DNA of 20,000 bases from the NCBI GenBank assembly GCA_016927185.1, contig JAFGND010000044.1, positions 50,626-70,625 on the forward strand, given 5' to 3'. Positions 1 to 8,436 of this stretch are shown here, in pieces (within the stretch, counting starts at the first letter, position 1; each line of letters starts with the position of its first letter). Under the pieces are notes generated by a model that saw nothing but the letters and a program-made list of their open reading frames with translations, made no database searches and was not told the DNA's origin. Source of the DNA: Candidatus Coatesbacteria bacterium. Lineage in GTDB: Bacteria; JAFGND01. The position numbers were made by a program, and so were the translations under genes.

Positions 1-2
1 TG

Positions 3-1043
3 GCAAGAGGCGAAGGAGAAAGCATTTTTCTGAATATAGCTCATGCTCTTTCTGAAGATAGATGCTGGAAAGGTTTGCCAGGCATTTCATATAAAACAAA
101 TAATGAATTTGTGAGAAATCAGGATGCCTGCCTGATTGAAAATCTGGATGAACTGAAAAACCCTCTTAGAAGTGAGCTTTATTTTCCTGAAAGAATGCAT
201 CCCCTTGCTCATGGTTCCATTATAACAGCAAGAGGATGTCCATGGAGATGCGCTTTCTGCACTTCAAGGGACTTCTGGAAAGGCAAGGTAAGGTTTCGCT
301 CCGCAAAGAATGTTGTAAGTGAAATAAAGGAAATAAAGGAAAAATACAAGATAAAGGTTTTCACATTCTGGGATGATACATTCACAATCAAGAAAGAGTT
401 TGTGGAGAATTTTGTTGAGGAGATACTTGCCCAGAAGGTTGATATAATGTGGAGAACAGCAACCAGGGCAGATGTCCTGGATGAGCAGCTTGCAAGGAAG
501 CTTAGAAAAGCTGGTTGCATACATCTTGAACTGGGGCTTGAAAGCGGTTCAGAAAGAATGCTGAAAATAATAAAGAAAGACATAGATTTGAAAATGGTCA
601 GGGAAGGATTGAAAATAATCAGGAATGCTGATATAAGGAGCGGAGTATTCCTGATGACGGGTTTTCCTGAAGAAATCAGAGAGGATATAGAGGAAACAAG
701 AAAATATCTTTCTACGATAGAACCTGACGAGATAGTCCTCAATATTTTTGATCCAATGCCAGGAAGCGAATTGTTCAAGACATGCAGGGATATGGGATTG
801 TTGCCTGATCCAGTTGACTGGGAGCATTTCCCGCTGTGGCCATTGAAGCATTATGCACCATATATACCAGAGGAAACCTTCAGGATAATGGTACTTGAAC
901 TAGCTGAACACATATTCCAATATAACAGGAAATTCTCGAACCTTATGCATGATTTTTATATGAAAATTCCTATGCTTCTTGGAGACCCAGTTGGTACAGC
1001 TAGATTGTTGAGACGGAAATTCAGGCGCAAATTTTTATCCTGA
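3..1043 (+). CDS. B12-binding-type radical SAM protein, 5'-truncated by the window edge
   Basis: The frame is open from base 3 (ARGEGESIF...), and GEGE is typical of the end of the cobalamin-binding domain. It carries the CxxxCxxC motif in ARGCPWRCAFC, plus WDDTF, GLESGS and GFPEE motifs of class B-like radical SAM enzymes. The TTG at 75 is not the true start. Confidence 0.88.
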   Translation, partial: ARGEGESIFLNIAHALSEDRCWKGLPGISYKTNNEFVRNQDACLIENLDELKNPLRSELYFPERMHPLAHGSIITARGCPWRCAFCTSRDFWKGKVRFRSAKNVVSEIKEIKEKYKIKVFTFWDDTFTIKKEFVENFVEEILAQKVDIMWRTATRADVLDEQLARKLRKAGCIHLELGLESGSERMLKIIKKDIDLKMVREGLKIIRNADIRSGVFLMTGFPEEIREDIEETRKYLSTIEPDEIVLNIFDPMPGSELFKTCRDMGLLPDPVDWEHFPLWPLKHYAPYIPEETFRIMVLELAEHIFQYNRKFSNLMHDFYMKIPMLLGDPVGTARLLRRKFRRKFLS

Positions 1044-1044
1044 A

Positions 1045-1716
1045 ATGGTAAGTCAAGCAAGGTTTAATACCATTCCTAACTATCTGAGTCTTTTCAGAAT
1101 ATTCCTGACAGCTCCTATTTTGTATTTCATAATCAGATCTGATGAAACAAGCAGACTGATTGCATTGATAATGATAATATTGGCTGGCATTACTGATGGA
1201 CTTGATGGATTCCTGGCAAGAAAACTCAACCAGGAAAGCAACTATGGATTAATACTTGATCCCCTTGCCGATAAGATCCTGATTATTGCCATAGCAATTA
1301 CATTCATATTCTATTTTGGATTTCCCCTTTGGCTTGCATTGGTAATTTTATCAAGGGATTTGCTTATAGTTGCAGGGAATCTGCACTTGATGAAAAAAAT
1401 GAAAGTCAAGATTCCCAAACAATCCAATTATCTAGGGAAATTCACCTTTAATGCTTTTGTTGTATTGATGTTAAGTTATTACCTTGATTTCAGCTTCGGG
1501 AAACATTTCAATACTGTTTTTACATTACTCTTGATTTTACTTTCTATGATTTCTTATTCAAGATTGTACATGAAAATAATCAAGAGAGAGGAAATTCCAG
1601 ATCAACATCACATGAAGGATTGGTTATATTACATGAAATATGGATTGATTCTTGCCTATTATTTTCTTAACTTCACTGTCTATCTCTACTGCCTGCAGAT
1701 ACTGAAAATATATTGA
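1045..1716 (+). CDS. CDP-alcohol phosphatidyltransferase (PgsA/cardiolipin synthase-like family)
   Basis: N-terminal IPNYLSLFRI; signature DGLDGFLAR...G.ILDPLADK; multiple TM helices. Starts 1 nt after the upstream stop. Substrate cannot be assigned from sequence. Confidence 0.9.
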   Translation: MVSQARFNTIPNYLSLFRIFLTAPILYFIIRSDETSRLIALIMIILAGITDGLDGFLARKLNQESNYGLILDPLADKILIIAIAITFIFYFGFPLWLALVILSRDLLIVAGNLHLMKKMKVKIPKQSNYLGKFTFNAFVVLMLSYYLDFSFGKHFNTVFTLLLILLSMISYSRLYMKIIKREEIPDQHHMKDWLYYMKYGLILAYYFLNFTVYLYCLQILKIY

Positions 1717-1719
1717 GTA

Positions 1720-2901
1720 TTATTCTCCCTTGTCTTCAGCAGGTTCCTCTTTTTCTTCAGATTTATTTTCTTCATCCTTTTTTTCAGTGTCTTTATTCTC
1801 AGTATCTTTAACTTCCTCTTTCTTTATCTCTTCTTCCTTTTTAGTATCATCACTCTTTTTTACTTCAGTTTTCTTGACATCAGCCACATTCATGGATGTG
1901 GTTTTAAAGAATTGAGATAAAACAAAGATGAAAATTATCAGTGTTAATGTAGCAATTACTACAAGAAGCTTTTCCGTGATTGACATTTTTAAATGTGCAT
2001 CATCATATTTAGGAAGATCTATTTTTTCATCCTTGCTTTCATCTTTTGCATCAAGTCCTTTTTCAATCTTTGGTTTTTCATCTGCTGATGATTTTTCAGG
2101 GCTCATTGAATCAATGTCTTTTGGTTCTTTTTCCATAGATTTTCCTACCTTTATAAGTATTACTGTTGAATTGTCAGTTCCGCCTCTTTCATTTGTTTCT
2201 GAAATCAGTTTCTCAATTTTTCTTGAAAGATCAGCATCTTCTTTTAATATGCTTTCTATCTCACTAGGGAAGAGATGGTTGACTATTCCATCCGTGTATA
2301 AAACGTATAAGTCATCTTCCTTCAGGTCTTCCTCGAAAGTGTCTATTTCCATGTCAGGTTGATAGCCTACTGCCCTTGTTATCCTGTTTTTGAAAGGTGA
2401 ATAGCGAGCTTGCTCTTCATTCAATCCCAATTCCTGTACATAAGAATGATCCACTGTTATCTGCTTGAATTCTCCGTTTCTCAATATTGATGTTCTGCTA
2501 TCACCAACATTGAGTATGTAAACCTTGTTTTCCTTGAACAAAGCGAGGCTTATGGTTGTACCCATTCCTCTTTTTGATTGATCATTTTCAGCAATCTCAA
2601 GGACTTTAGTATTAGCCTTCTGAGCAGCAATACTTAATGCCTTCAATGTTGGAATTGATGGAGAATAGCTGTAATAAATATCTACAATGGTCTCAATAGT
2701 AACCTGTGAAGCGACTTCTCCAGCAGCATGTCCCCCCATTCCATCAGCAACAATGGCAAGTATACCCATTTCCTTTCTGATTTTCAAGTCTTCAGGTACT
2801 TCTATGTGCACGAAATCTTCATTATGATCCCTGACTCTGCCGACTGATGTCAGGACAGCTGTTTCAAGCTGGAAATCACCAAATGAATGTATTTCAGCCA
2901 T
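1720..2901 (-). CDS. PP2C/PPM-family Ser/Thr phosphatase (Stp1/PrpC/PstP-like) with a C-terminal TM helix and charged tail
   Basis: Motifs GRVRDHNED, VADGMGGHAAGEVAS, GMGTT, NVGDSR, DHS, TRAVG, TDG and GGTDN. Hydrophobic segment LLVVIATLTLIIFIFVLSQFF is followed by a K/E-rich tail. Confidence 0.93.
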   Translation of the reverse strand: MAEIHSFGDFQLETAVLTSVGRVRDHNEDFVHIEVPEDLKIRKEMGILAIVADGMGGHAAGEVASQVTIETIVDIYYSYSPSIPTLKALSIAAQKANTKVLEIAENDQSKRGMGTTISLALFKENKVYILNVGDSRTSILRNGEFKQITVDHSYVQELGLNEEQARYSPFKNRITRAVGYQPDMEIDTFEEDLKEDDLYVLYTDGIVNHLFPSEIESILKEDADLSRKIEKLISETNERGGTDNSTVILIKVGKSMEKEPKDIDSMSPEKSSADEKPKIEKGLDAKDESKDEKIDLPKYDDAHLKMSITEKLLVVIATLTLIIFIFVLSQFFKTTSMNVADVKKTEVKKSDDTKKEEEIKKEEVKDTENKDTEKKDEENKSEEKEEPAEDKGE

Positions 2902-2911
2902 TTCTTAATAG

Positions 2912-3508
2912 TTAGATAGTTTTCCAGACAAAAGTAGTCTCTCCAAGCAAGATTACCATTCCATCTTCCAATGCTGTTGCTTCTGCAATGGGTTGGTTAT
3001 TAATAATCGTTCCATTGCTGCTTCCCATATCTCTTATCATTACACGACCTTCAGTTCCCATATAAATTTCGCTATGCTGTCTTGACATTGCCTTGTCGAA
3101 TGTGCAACTGATATCTGCATCAGGTGAACGGCCTATAATTATTGTTCCTGCGATTTTATATTCAGTACCTACTATATTGCTTTCAGAGGAGTCGTCAATA
3201 ACAAGTGTTCCCCATATTTCAATTTCCTGATCTGGTAAAGGTTGCCCAGGAATTTCCTCTTTTACCTTTTCTTCAGAAATCTCTACCTTTTCCTCAGTTT
3301 CAGCACCTGCTTCAGCTGATACTTCAGGTCCTTCCTCAGCTGATTCTTCTTCCTCTTCTGATGTAGGTTTGGCTTCAGATTTAATCTTAGTTTCTGCAGG
3401 TTTTTTCTTCTTTGTCAATAAGATTATTACAACAATCACAAGAGCAATAAAGAATAAACCTCCTAAACAGCTAATTAAATATCCAATGTTAGCTAATATT
3501 AAATCCAT
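2912..3508 (-). CDS. Membrane-anchored FHA-domain protein
   Basis: N-terminal TM helix followed by KKKK, an acidic linker, then FHA motifs IGRS, SRQHS and DMGSSNGT. Strong SD AGGAGGT upstream (3515-3521). Confidence 0.9.
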   Translation of the reverse strand: MDLILANIGYLISCLGGLFFIALVIVVIILLTKKKKPAETKIKSEAKPTSEEEEESAEEGPEVSAEAGAETEEKVEISEEKVKEEIPGQPLPDQEIEIWGTLVIDDSSESNIVGTEYKIAGTIIIGRSPDADISCTFDKAMSRQHSEIYMGTEGRVMIRDMGSSNGTIINNQPIAEATALEDGMVILLGETTFVWKTI

Positions 3509-3624
3509 ATTATAACCTCCTGATATTCATATTTATCGCTTAAAAAAATAATAAAAATTATTGGAGTTAGATGAATCCATAAGTAAATATTGTCAATATA
3601 GTTTTTCTTTTTCAGGTTCATTTG

Positions 3625-4674
3625 TTAAATCCTGAACGGGGCTGGTATGAAGGAAAGGATTGCCATAAGTATGCAGAAATAGCCAATCATCTTATATTTC
3701 AGGGAAAGATTTTCGTCTATCATCAATGATGGATGCTTCAATCCTATGAAAAGCAGCAAAATTCCCCATACAAGCCAACCCTGCCAGTAAAAAATTCCCA
3801 GAAGTATCAATACAGCGTAGAATGCAAATGAAAGTATTCTTGCTTTTCTTCCAAACAAGGCATATATTATATGACCTCCATCCAGCTGCCCAATAGGTAT
3901 GAGATTGAGAGCAGTTACGAAAAAACCCAGCCATGCTGCATAACCTATTGGATGAAGGAGTATGTCATATCCTTGAGGCAGATTTCCCTTTATTGCAATT
4001 GTCAGCATCTTGAATATTATATTGTCTCCAAGACCGAGCAATGATACTCCTTCAGATAATATTACTCTTGATTTGTGAATGCCATATATTCCTGCAAGCA
4101 GCGAAATCAGGAAACTCATCAAAGGACCTGCTGCCCCAATTTCAAGAAGTTCCTTTCTTGTTCTTATCGGTTCCTTTATCTTGATGAAAGCCCCAAAAGT
4201 TCCTGTAAGTGGATGTGGCGAAGGAATGAAGTAGGGAAGTGATGCTGAAATATTATTCTTGAGGCAGGCAAAATAGTGACCGAGTTCATGCGACCCAAGT
4301 ATCAAGATAAGGGTGAAAGAAAAATCTATACCAAGTAACAAATCTTTGGGTTTTTTCCAGAATTCACCCCCCTGCTGCAGGCTGCCTGCTATCAAGGTTG
4401 CCAGGATTGTCAGAAAGAAAAGAATCAGATGCAATGCAAGATTTTGATGATGGATTAAGACTTCCCTTTCAATAATATGAATGTAATAATATCCTGCAAA
4501 TGATTTGCTTCTGAATAACCAGTTGTCTGGTAATTTCTCCAAGACAGCTGGAATTCCTGTTTCAGGCTCTACAAGCCAGTATCCATAAAGATAGAAACCA
4601 TTTTTACTTATCTTTACGGAACCTGTAATCCTGAAAACCGGCTCAAGTATGGCAGTGATTTCTTCCTTATCCAT
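3625..4674 (-). CDS. Site-2 protease (peptidase M50) intramembrane zinc metalloprotease
   Basis: HELGH zinc motif, GAFIKIK, IGAAGPL and NLIPIGQLDGGH; several TM helices; no PDZ domain seen. Confidence 0.93.
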   Translation of the reverse strand: MDKEEITAILEPVFRITGSVKISKNGFYLYGYWLVEPETGIPAVLEKLPDNWLFRSKSFAGYYYIHIIEREVLIHHQNLALHLILFFLTILATLIAGSLQQGGEFWKKPKDLLLGIDFSFTLILILGSHELGHYFACLKNNISASLPYFIPSPHPLTGTFGAFIKIKEPIRTRKELLEIGAAGPLMSFLISLLAGIYGIHKSRVILSEGVSLLGLGDNIIFKMLTIAIKGNLPQGYDILLHPIGYAAWLGFFVTALNLIPIGQLDGGHIIYALFGRKARILSFAFYAVLILLGIFYWQGWLVWGILLLFIGLKHPSLMIDENLSLKYKMIGYFCILMAILSFIPAPFRI

Positions 4675-5788
4675 ATTCAGGGGCTGGAATTTTCTCTAAC
4701 AATATTGACCATAAATCATTTATTCCTGTATTCTCTTTTGCTGAAATCAAGATAGAATCCTTTGAAAATGATGTTATATCTATATCATTGCTCAAGTCTA
4801 TCTTGTTGATTACTTCAATAACTGGTATATTCTCAGCACCAAGTATCTTCATGGTCTCTATAACTGTTTCTCTTTGTTCATTGTAATCAGGGGAACTTCC
4901 ATCTATTATATGCAGCAAGAGATCAGCTTCCTCTATTTCCATGAGTGTTGCGTGAAATGAAGCAATTAGCTGATGAGGTAATCCTCGTATAAAACCAACT
5001 GTATCCGTGAAAGTGACAGTCTGATTCCTTTCTTTTATATAGAATCTCCTGGTAGAAGGATCAAGAGTGGAAAAAACTCTGTCAGATGAAAAAACAGAAG
5101 AAGATGTAAGTCTGTTTATTAGTGTTGATTTCCCTGCATTTGTATATCCAACAAGGATTATATTGAAAAGATTCTTTCTTTGTTTTCTCTGAGTCTGTCT
5201 TTGTATTTCTCGCTTCTTTAATTGTTCCTTCAGAATGGATATCCTTTTTGATAATTCTCTTCTGTCAGTTTCAAGTTGCTTTTCACCTGGACCTCTTGTT
5301 GATCCTTTTCCCCTGGCAGTAATCCTGGAGAAATGCCCCCACATCCCTTTCAATCTTGGTCTCAGGTATTCAAGATATGCAAGTTCGACTTGTGTCTTTG
5401 CTATCTCTGTTTTTGCATTATTAGAGAAAATCTCCATTATCAGCTCGCTTCTATCCATTATGGGAACCTTTAGATAGTCCTCAATATTTCTTGCTTGTGA
5501 AGGATTAAGATCAAGATCAAAAAGAACAGTATATCTTTTCTTTTCAGTGATATAGTTCCTTATTTCTTCAAGTTTTCCCTTACCTACTGCGAATCTAGGA
5601 TCAAGTGTTTCCCTTTTTTGAATGAAAACTCTCTCAGTTTCTCCACCGATAGTTGATATCAATGATTTTGTTTCATCTATCAATCTTTCATGAGGGATTT
5701 CATGCCTTGAATTGGTTTGCACGAATACAAGGATGAATTTTGTTTTTTCTTTGGCAGTAAGGATTCCTGTGCTATTTCTGTTGGGCAG
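4667..5788 (-). CDS. hflX: GTPase HflX (ribosome-splitting factor), short form
   Basis: G1 GYTNAGKS, G2 FSTLD, G3 DTVGF, G4 NKID, G5 SAK; HflX-specific RGPGEKQLETDRR. The start is extended from the track's GTG (5722) to an in-frame CTG at 5788 that follows SD AAGGAGG; the exact start is an inference. Confidence 0.95.
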   Translation of the reverse strand: MPNRNSTGILTAKEKTKFILVFVQTNSRHEIPHERLIDETKSLISTIGGETERVFIQKRETLDPRFAVGKGKLEEIRNYITEKKRYTVLFDLDLNPSQARNIEDYLKVPIMDRSELIMEIFSNNAKTEIAKTQVELAYLEYLRPRLKGMWGHFSRITARGKGSTRGPGEKQLETDRRELSKRISILKEQLKKREIQRQTQRKQRKNLFNIILVGYTNAGKSTLINRLTSSSVFSSDRVFSTLDPSTRRFYIKERNQTVTFTDTVGFIRGLPHQLIASFHATLMEIEEADLLLHIIDGSSPDYNEQRETVIETMKILGAENIPVIEVINKIDLSNDIDITSFSKDSILISAKENTGINDLWSILLEKIPAPEYG

Positions 5789-7154
5789 ATTTATCCTCCT
5801 TCTCCTCAGAATCCCATTTTATTACATAAAAGTCTGTTTCCTCAGAAACAACTAATTTATCAGTTTCTTCATCCTTGATTTCCATTTTTATAGTGTACTT
5901 GTCAATTGGAAGATCTGGAATCTTGTAAGAAAAGATAACTTCATTATTCTTCTGATCTTCAGTTATTTTCTCTCTCAATGTAGCAACTGAGGTTATCAGA
6001 TTTGCTCCCTGAATGGAGTATATGGCATAGAGATTCTTGTGTTGCTCTTTCAACATTAACTTGTATTTAAGTATCAATATCTCTCCCTTTCTGAATTGTC
6101 TTGATGGCTGGAGAGACATTTTATCATCACTATTATAAAAACGTATTTGTTCTATCCATGATTTATCTGTTTTTTTAGCTTTTATCTGTGAAGTATATAT
6201 TTTTTTCTTTTCAGAGAATGCATCTTTTAAAGTGAACTTGATTGAATAATCATCTCTTGGCATGACAACAGGAATTGATCCCTTTATGGGTTTAGATGAT
6301 TCTGCCTTGTCTATGAACAGATCATCATTAATTGTCTTTATAATCTGCTTGCCTTTCAAGATGACAATTGTCATTCTAAGATGATATCCCTTCTTGTTTT
6401 TATCATCTTGTTTATCACCCTGCTTCAGATTTTCGGTTTTCACTGCATAGTTGAAGAGGATTTCCAGATCATTATTAGGTAAAGACTTGAATGAATGATC
6501 AATTGCTGAAATCAATTCGAATTTCATCTCATCCTTATAAAGTTCGAAAGGTTTTGCATCCTGAAGATAGTCTTCCTGCCTGAAATATGCCTGAGTCATT
6601 GGTAATGGAGTCATCAAGCGATAATCATTAGGTCCTCTCTTGGAAAACCTGAAATCAAGATCCGGCTCGTAATATCTCCATAAAAGATAGCTTGATTGTT
6701 CCATCTCATCCTGCTCACTCCAGTATTTCTGAAGGGATGTCTGTCTTGATTTATATCTGAAAAGATCAATGCTGTTATGAATTGTAAGCATTTCATCAGG
6801 AATTCCGTATCTTATCAAAACCTTTCCCCTGTCAGATCTCCATCCTGGAATGCAATATGGGTGGTTTACAGTGAAATATTTATTGGCTAGCCTGAAGCGT
6901 TTTTCATTTGCTGCTCTTGCAGGATTGAATGACTCTCCTGGATAAGGGTTTCTTACATTCCAGAAATTCCTTATGAAAACGCTTCTTTCCTGAGGATTCA
7001 TTGAAAGATAAACCAGCCTTTGTTTCTGTGTAATCAGATGGAATACATGCTCATAATTGAATCTGTCAATATCATTCAGGTGGGAATATTTGAGTTCTGG
7101 GCTGCAGGAAGCAAGCATTACAAGGGAGGCAAGGCATATCAAGAGTTTTACCAT
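5772..7154 (-). CDS. GWxTD-domain lipoprotein, function unknown
   Basis: Signal peptide with lipobox LASC. FWNVRNPYP...N...A..YF...PGWRSDRGKVLIRYGIPD matches the GWxTD family pattern. The C-terminal half is beta-rich. Confidence 0.82.
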   Translation of the reverse strand: MVKLLICLASLVMLASCSPELKYSHLNDIDRFNYEHVFHLITQKQRLVYLSMNPQERSVFIRNFWNVRNPYPGESFNPARAANEKRFRLANKYFTVNHPYCIPGWRSDRGKVLIRYGIPDEMLTIHNSIDLFRYKSRQTSLQKYWSEQDEMEQSSYLLWRYYEPDLDFRFSKRGPNDYRLMTPLPMTQAYFRQEDYLQDAKPFELYKDEMKFELISAIDHSFKSLPNNDLEILFNYAVKTENLKQGDKQDDKNKKGYHLRMTIVILKGKQIIKTINDDLFIDKAESSKPIKGSIPVVMPRDDYSIKFTLKDAFSEKKKIYTSQIKAKKTDKSWIEQIRFYNSDDKMSLQPSRQFRKGEILILKYKLMLKEQHKNLYAIYSIQGANLITSVATLREKITEDQKNNEVIFSYKIPDLPIDKYTIKMEIKDEETDKLVVSEETDFYVIKWDSEEKEDKSAQQK

Positions 7155-7639
7155 GTGGTAAGTGCCTCCTGGACAAGTTTTTTTGCAGTATCTGACACCA
7201 GTACGTTTTTAGCTTCCTCTTCACTCCCTCCGATATTATATTGAGCTCTTGCAGTATAGTTAGAGTTTTTGTATATTATCTTATCTTTTTTCAGATCCTT
7301 GAATTCTATCTCTATTTTTATTACTATTTCATATGCTTTCACTTTTTCATCAGAATCATAAGAAGAAGCTTGCTTCTTGTATGATTTAATAACTCCCTTG
7401 AAAACACTGTCAGCATGCTGCAGATCAGTAACCTTCAAGACATTGCTCTGCATGAACTGGTCAATAATGGAATTAGTGAAGCGTTCCTTGAGACCAAACT
7501 CGAAAGTCTTATCTTCAAGCAGAGGTACAGCAACAGTCTTGAGATGATTGGGAAGTTGATTGCTGAATGAATATGGGCAACCCAGATTGAGAGTGAATAA
7601 CAAAACTGCAAAACAAAACAGAATCTTTCGTATTTTCAT
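7148..7639 (-). CDS. lptE: LptE-family LPS-assembly lipoprotein
   Basis: From ATG 7639: MKIRKILF...LNLGC-PYSFS lipoprotein signal, then LPNHLKTVAVP, ADSVFKGVIKSY and a C-terminal helix ending in W, as in FCB-type LptE. The longer track ORF (7747) runs through the promoter and overlaps the upstream gene. Confidence 0.78.
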   Translation of the reverse strand: MKIRKILFCFAVLLFTLNLGCPYSFSNQLPNHLKTVAVPLLEDKTFEFGLKERFTNSIIDQFMQSNVLKVTDLQHADSVFKGVIKSYKKQASSYDSDEKVKAYEIVIKIEIEFKDLKKDKIIYKNSNYTARAQYNIGGSEEEAKNVLVSDTAKKLVQEALTTW

Positions 7640-7648
7640 TGCAGTCAA

Positions 7649-7677
7649 AATGTAATAAAGATGGATTTTATTGTCAA
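7649..7677 (-). promoter_or_regulatory. Sigma70-type promoter for the lptE operon
   Basis: TTGACA (7677-7672), 17-nt spacer, TACATT (7654-7649), then 9 nt to the lptE ATG. Confidence 0.7.
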
Positions 7678-7700
7678 GGATTCTCATTATGAACATTTTA

Positions 7701-8321
7701 TCAGTTACCATTAACAATATCAGAATCGGAGAATACTTCTTTTGCAATTTTGCCGTATTTTTTCAGGTCTATCTTGTCCGATCTTGCTGAGTAGAAGGCT
7801 GTAAGAACCGGGATAATCTTGTATATTGTTTTACCGAAAATCCATTTAACAGATAATTTTGCAACTTTTATAGTAAGTTTCCAGGCAATTTTTGGAGGCA
7901 GTTTTTCCATTGTCTCTTTTGCAGTATCAAGGATATCCTTTTGCTTGCTTCCATACTCCCTTATCTCTTTTATATTGTCACAGATTATGCATAAGACAAT
8001 CAGATTCCTGATTTTGCTGTCATTTATGTCATATCCATATATTGTTGCTATAGCAGATATTATCCTGATTTCATAAAATAATACAGCTGCTTCGAATGGC
8101 AAGCCAAAAAACCCGGTTAATCCTGAGAGAAAGCCAGTCCTGTATGCCTTTTTTGCTTCCCTTTCAATAAGAACATCAACTCTTTTGTCATTGCCATCAA
8201 ATTTCTCTTCAAGATATTCCTTTGCCAGGCTTGCAGGAGAGCTGAACAAAAATGGAATGCCACGTGCAGTAACTTCAACAGCCAGGGAAACTGTTTTTAT
8301 TACTATATTTTCATCAGACAT
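7701..8321 (-). CDS. EcsC-family protein
   Basis: The pattern LI......A..TGFLSGLTGFFGLP......Y.IRIISAIATIYGYDIND and the C-terminal KIIPVL match EcsC-like proteins as I recall them. Confidence 0.62.
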   Translation of the reverse strand: MSDENIVIKTVSLAVEVTARGIPFLFSSPASLAKEYLEEKFDGNDKRVDVLIEREAKKAYRTGFLSGLTGFFGLPFEAAVLFYEIRIISAIATIYGYDINDSKIRNLIVLCIICDNIKEIREYGSKQKDILDTAKETMEKLPPKIAWKLTIKVAKLSVKWIFGKTIYKIIPVLTAFYSARSDKIDLKKYGKIAKEVFSDSDIVNGN

Positions 8322-8436
8322 TGTGGAATTATTTGTAAAATCTACAATTTTTGTAAACTAGAAAAGGTATAAACAAGGAGTTTCCTCTTGACGTTTTTTC
8401 TTTCCATGGAGTTTGATTCTAAAAAAAGGGGGCAAA

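Noticed and set aside
209..851. Antisense ORFs of 189, 86 and 100 aa inside the radical SAM gene
   Set aside because: Ser/Phe/Ile-rich shadow frames with no motifs, lying opposite a well-supported CDS.
1730..2362. Ser/Phe-rich + strand ORFs (61 and 144 aa)
   Set aside because: Reverse-complement artefacts of the Lys/Glu-rich PP2C sequence.
7640..7747. 36-aa N-terminal extension of lptE in the ORF track
   Set aside because: It overlaps the ecsC-like gene and the promoter, and would bury the lipoprotein signal that begins at ATG 7639.
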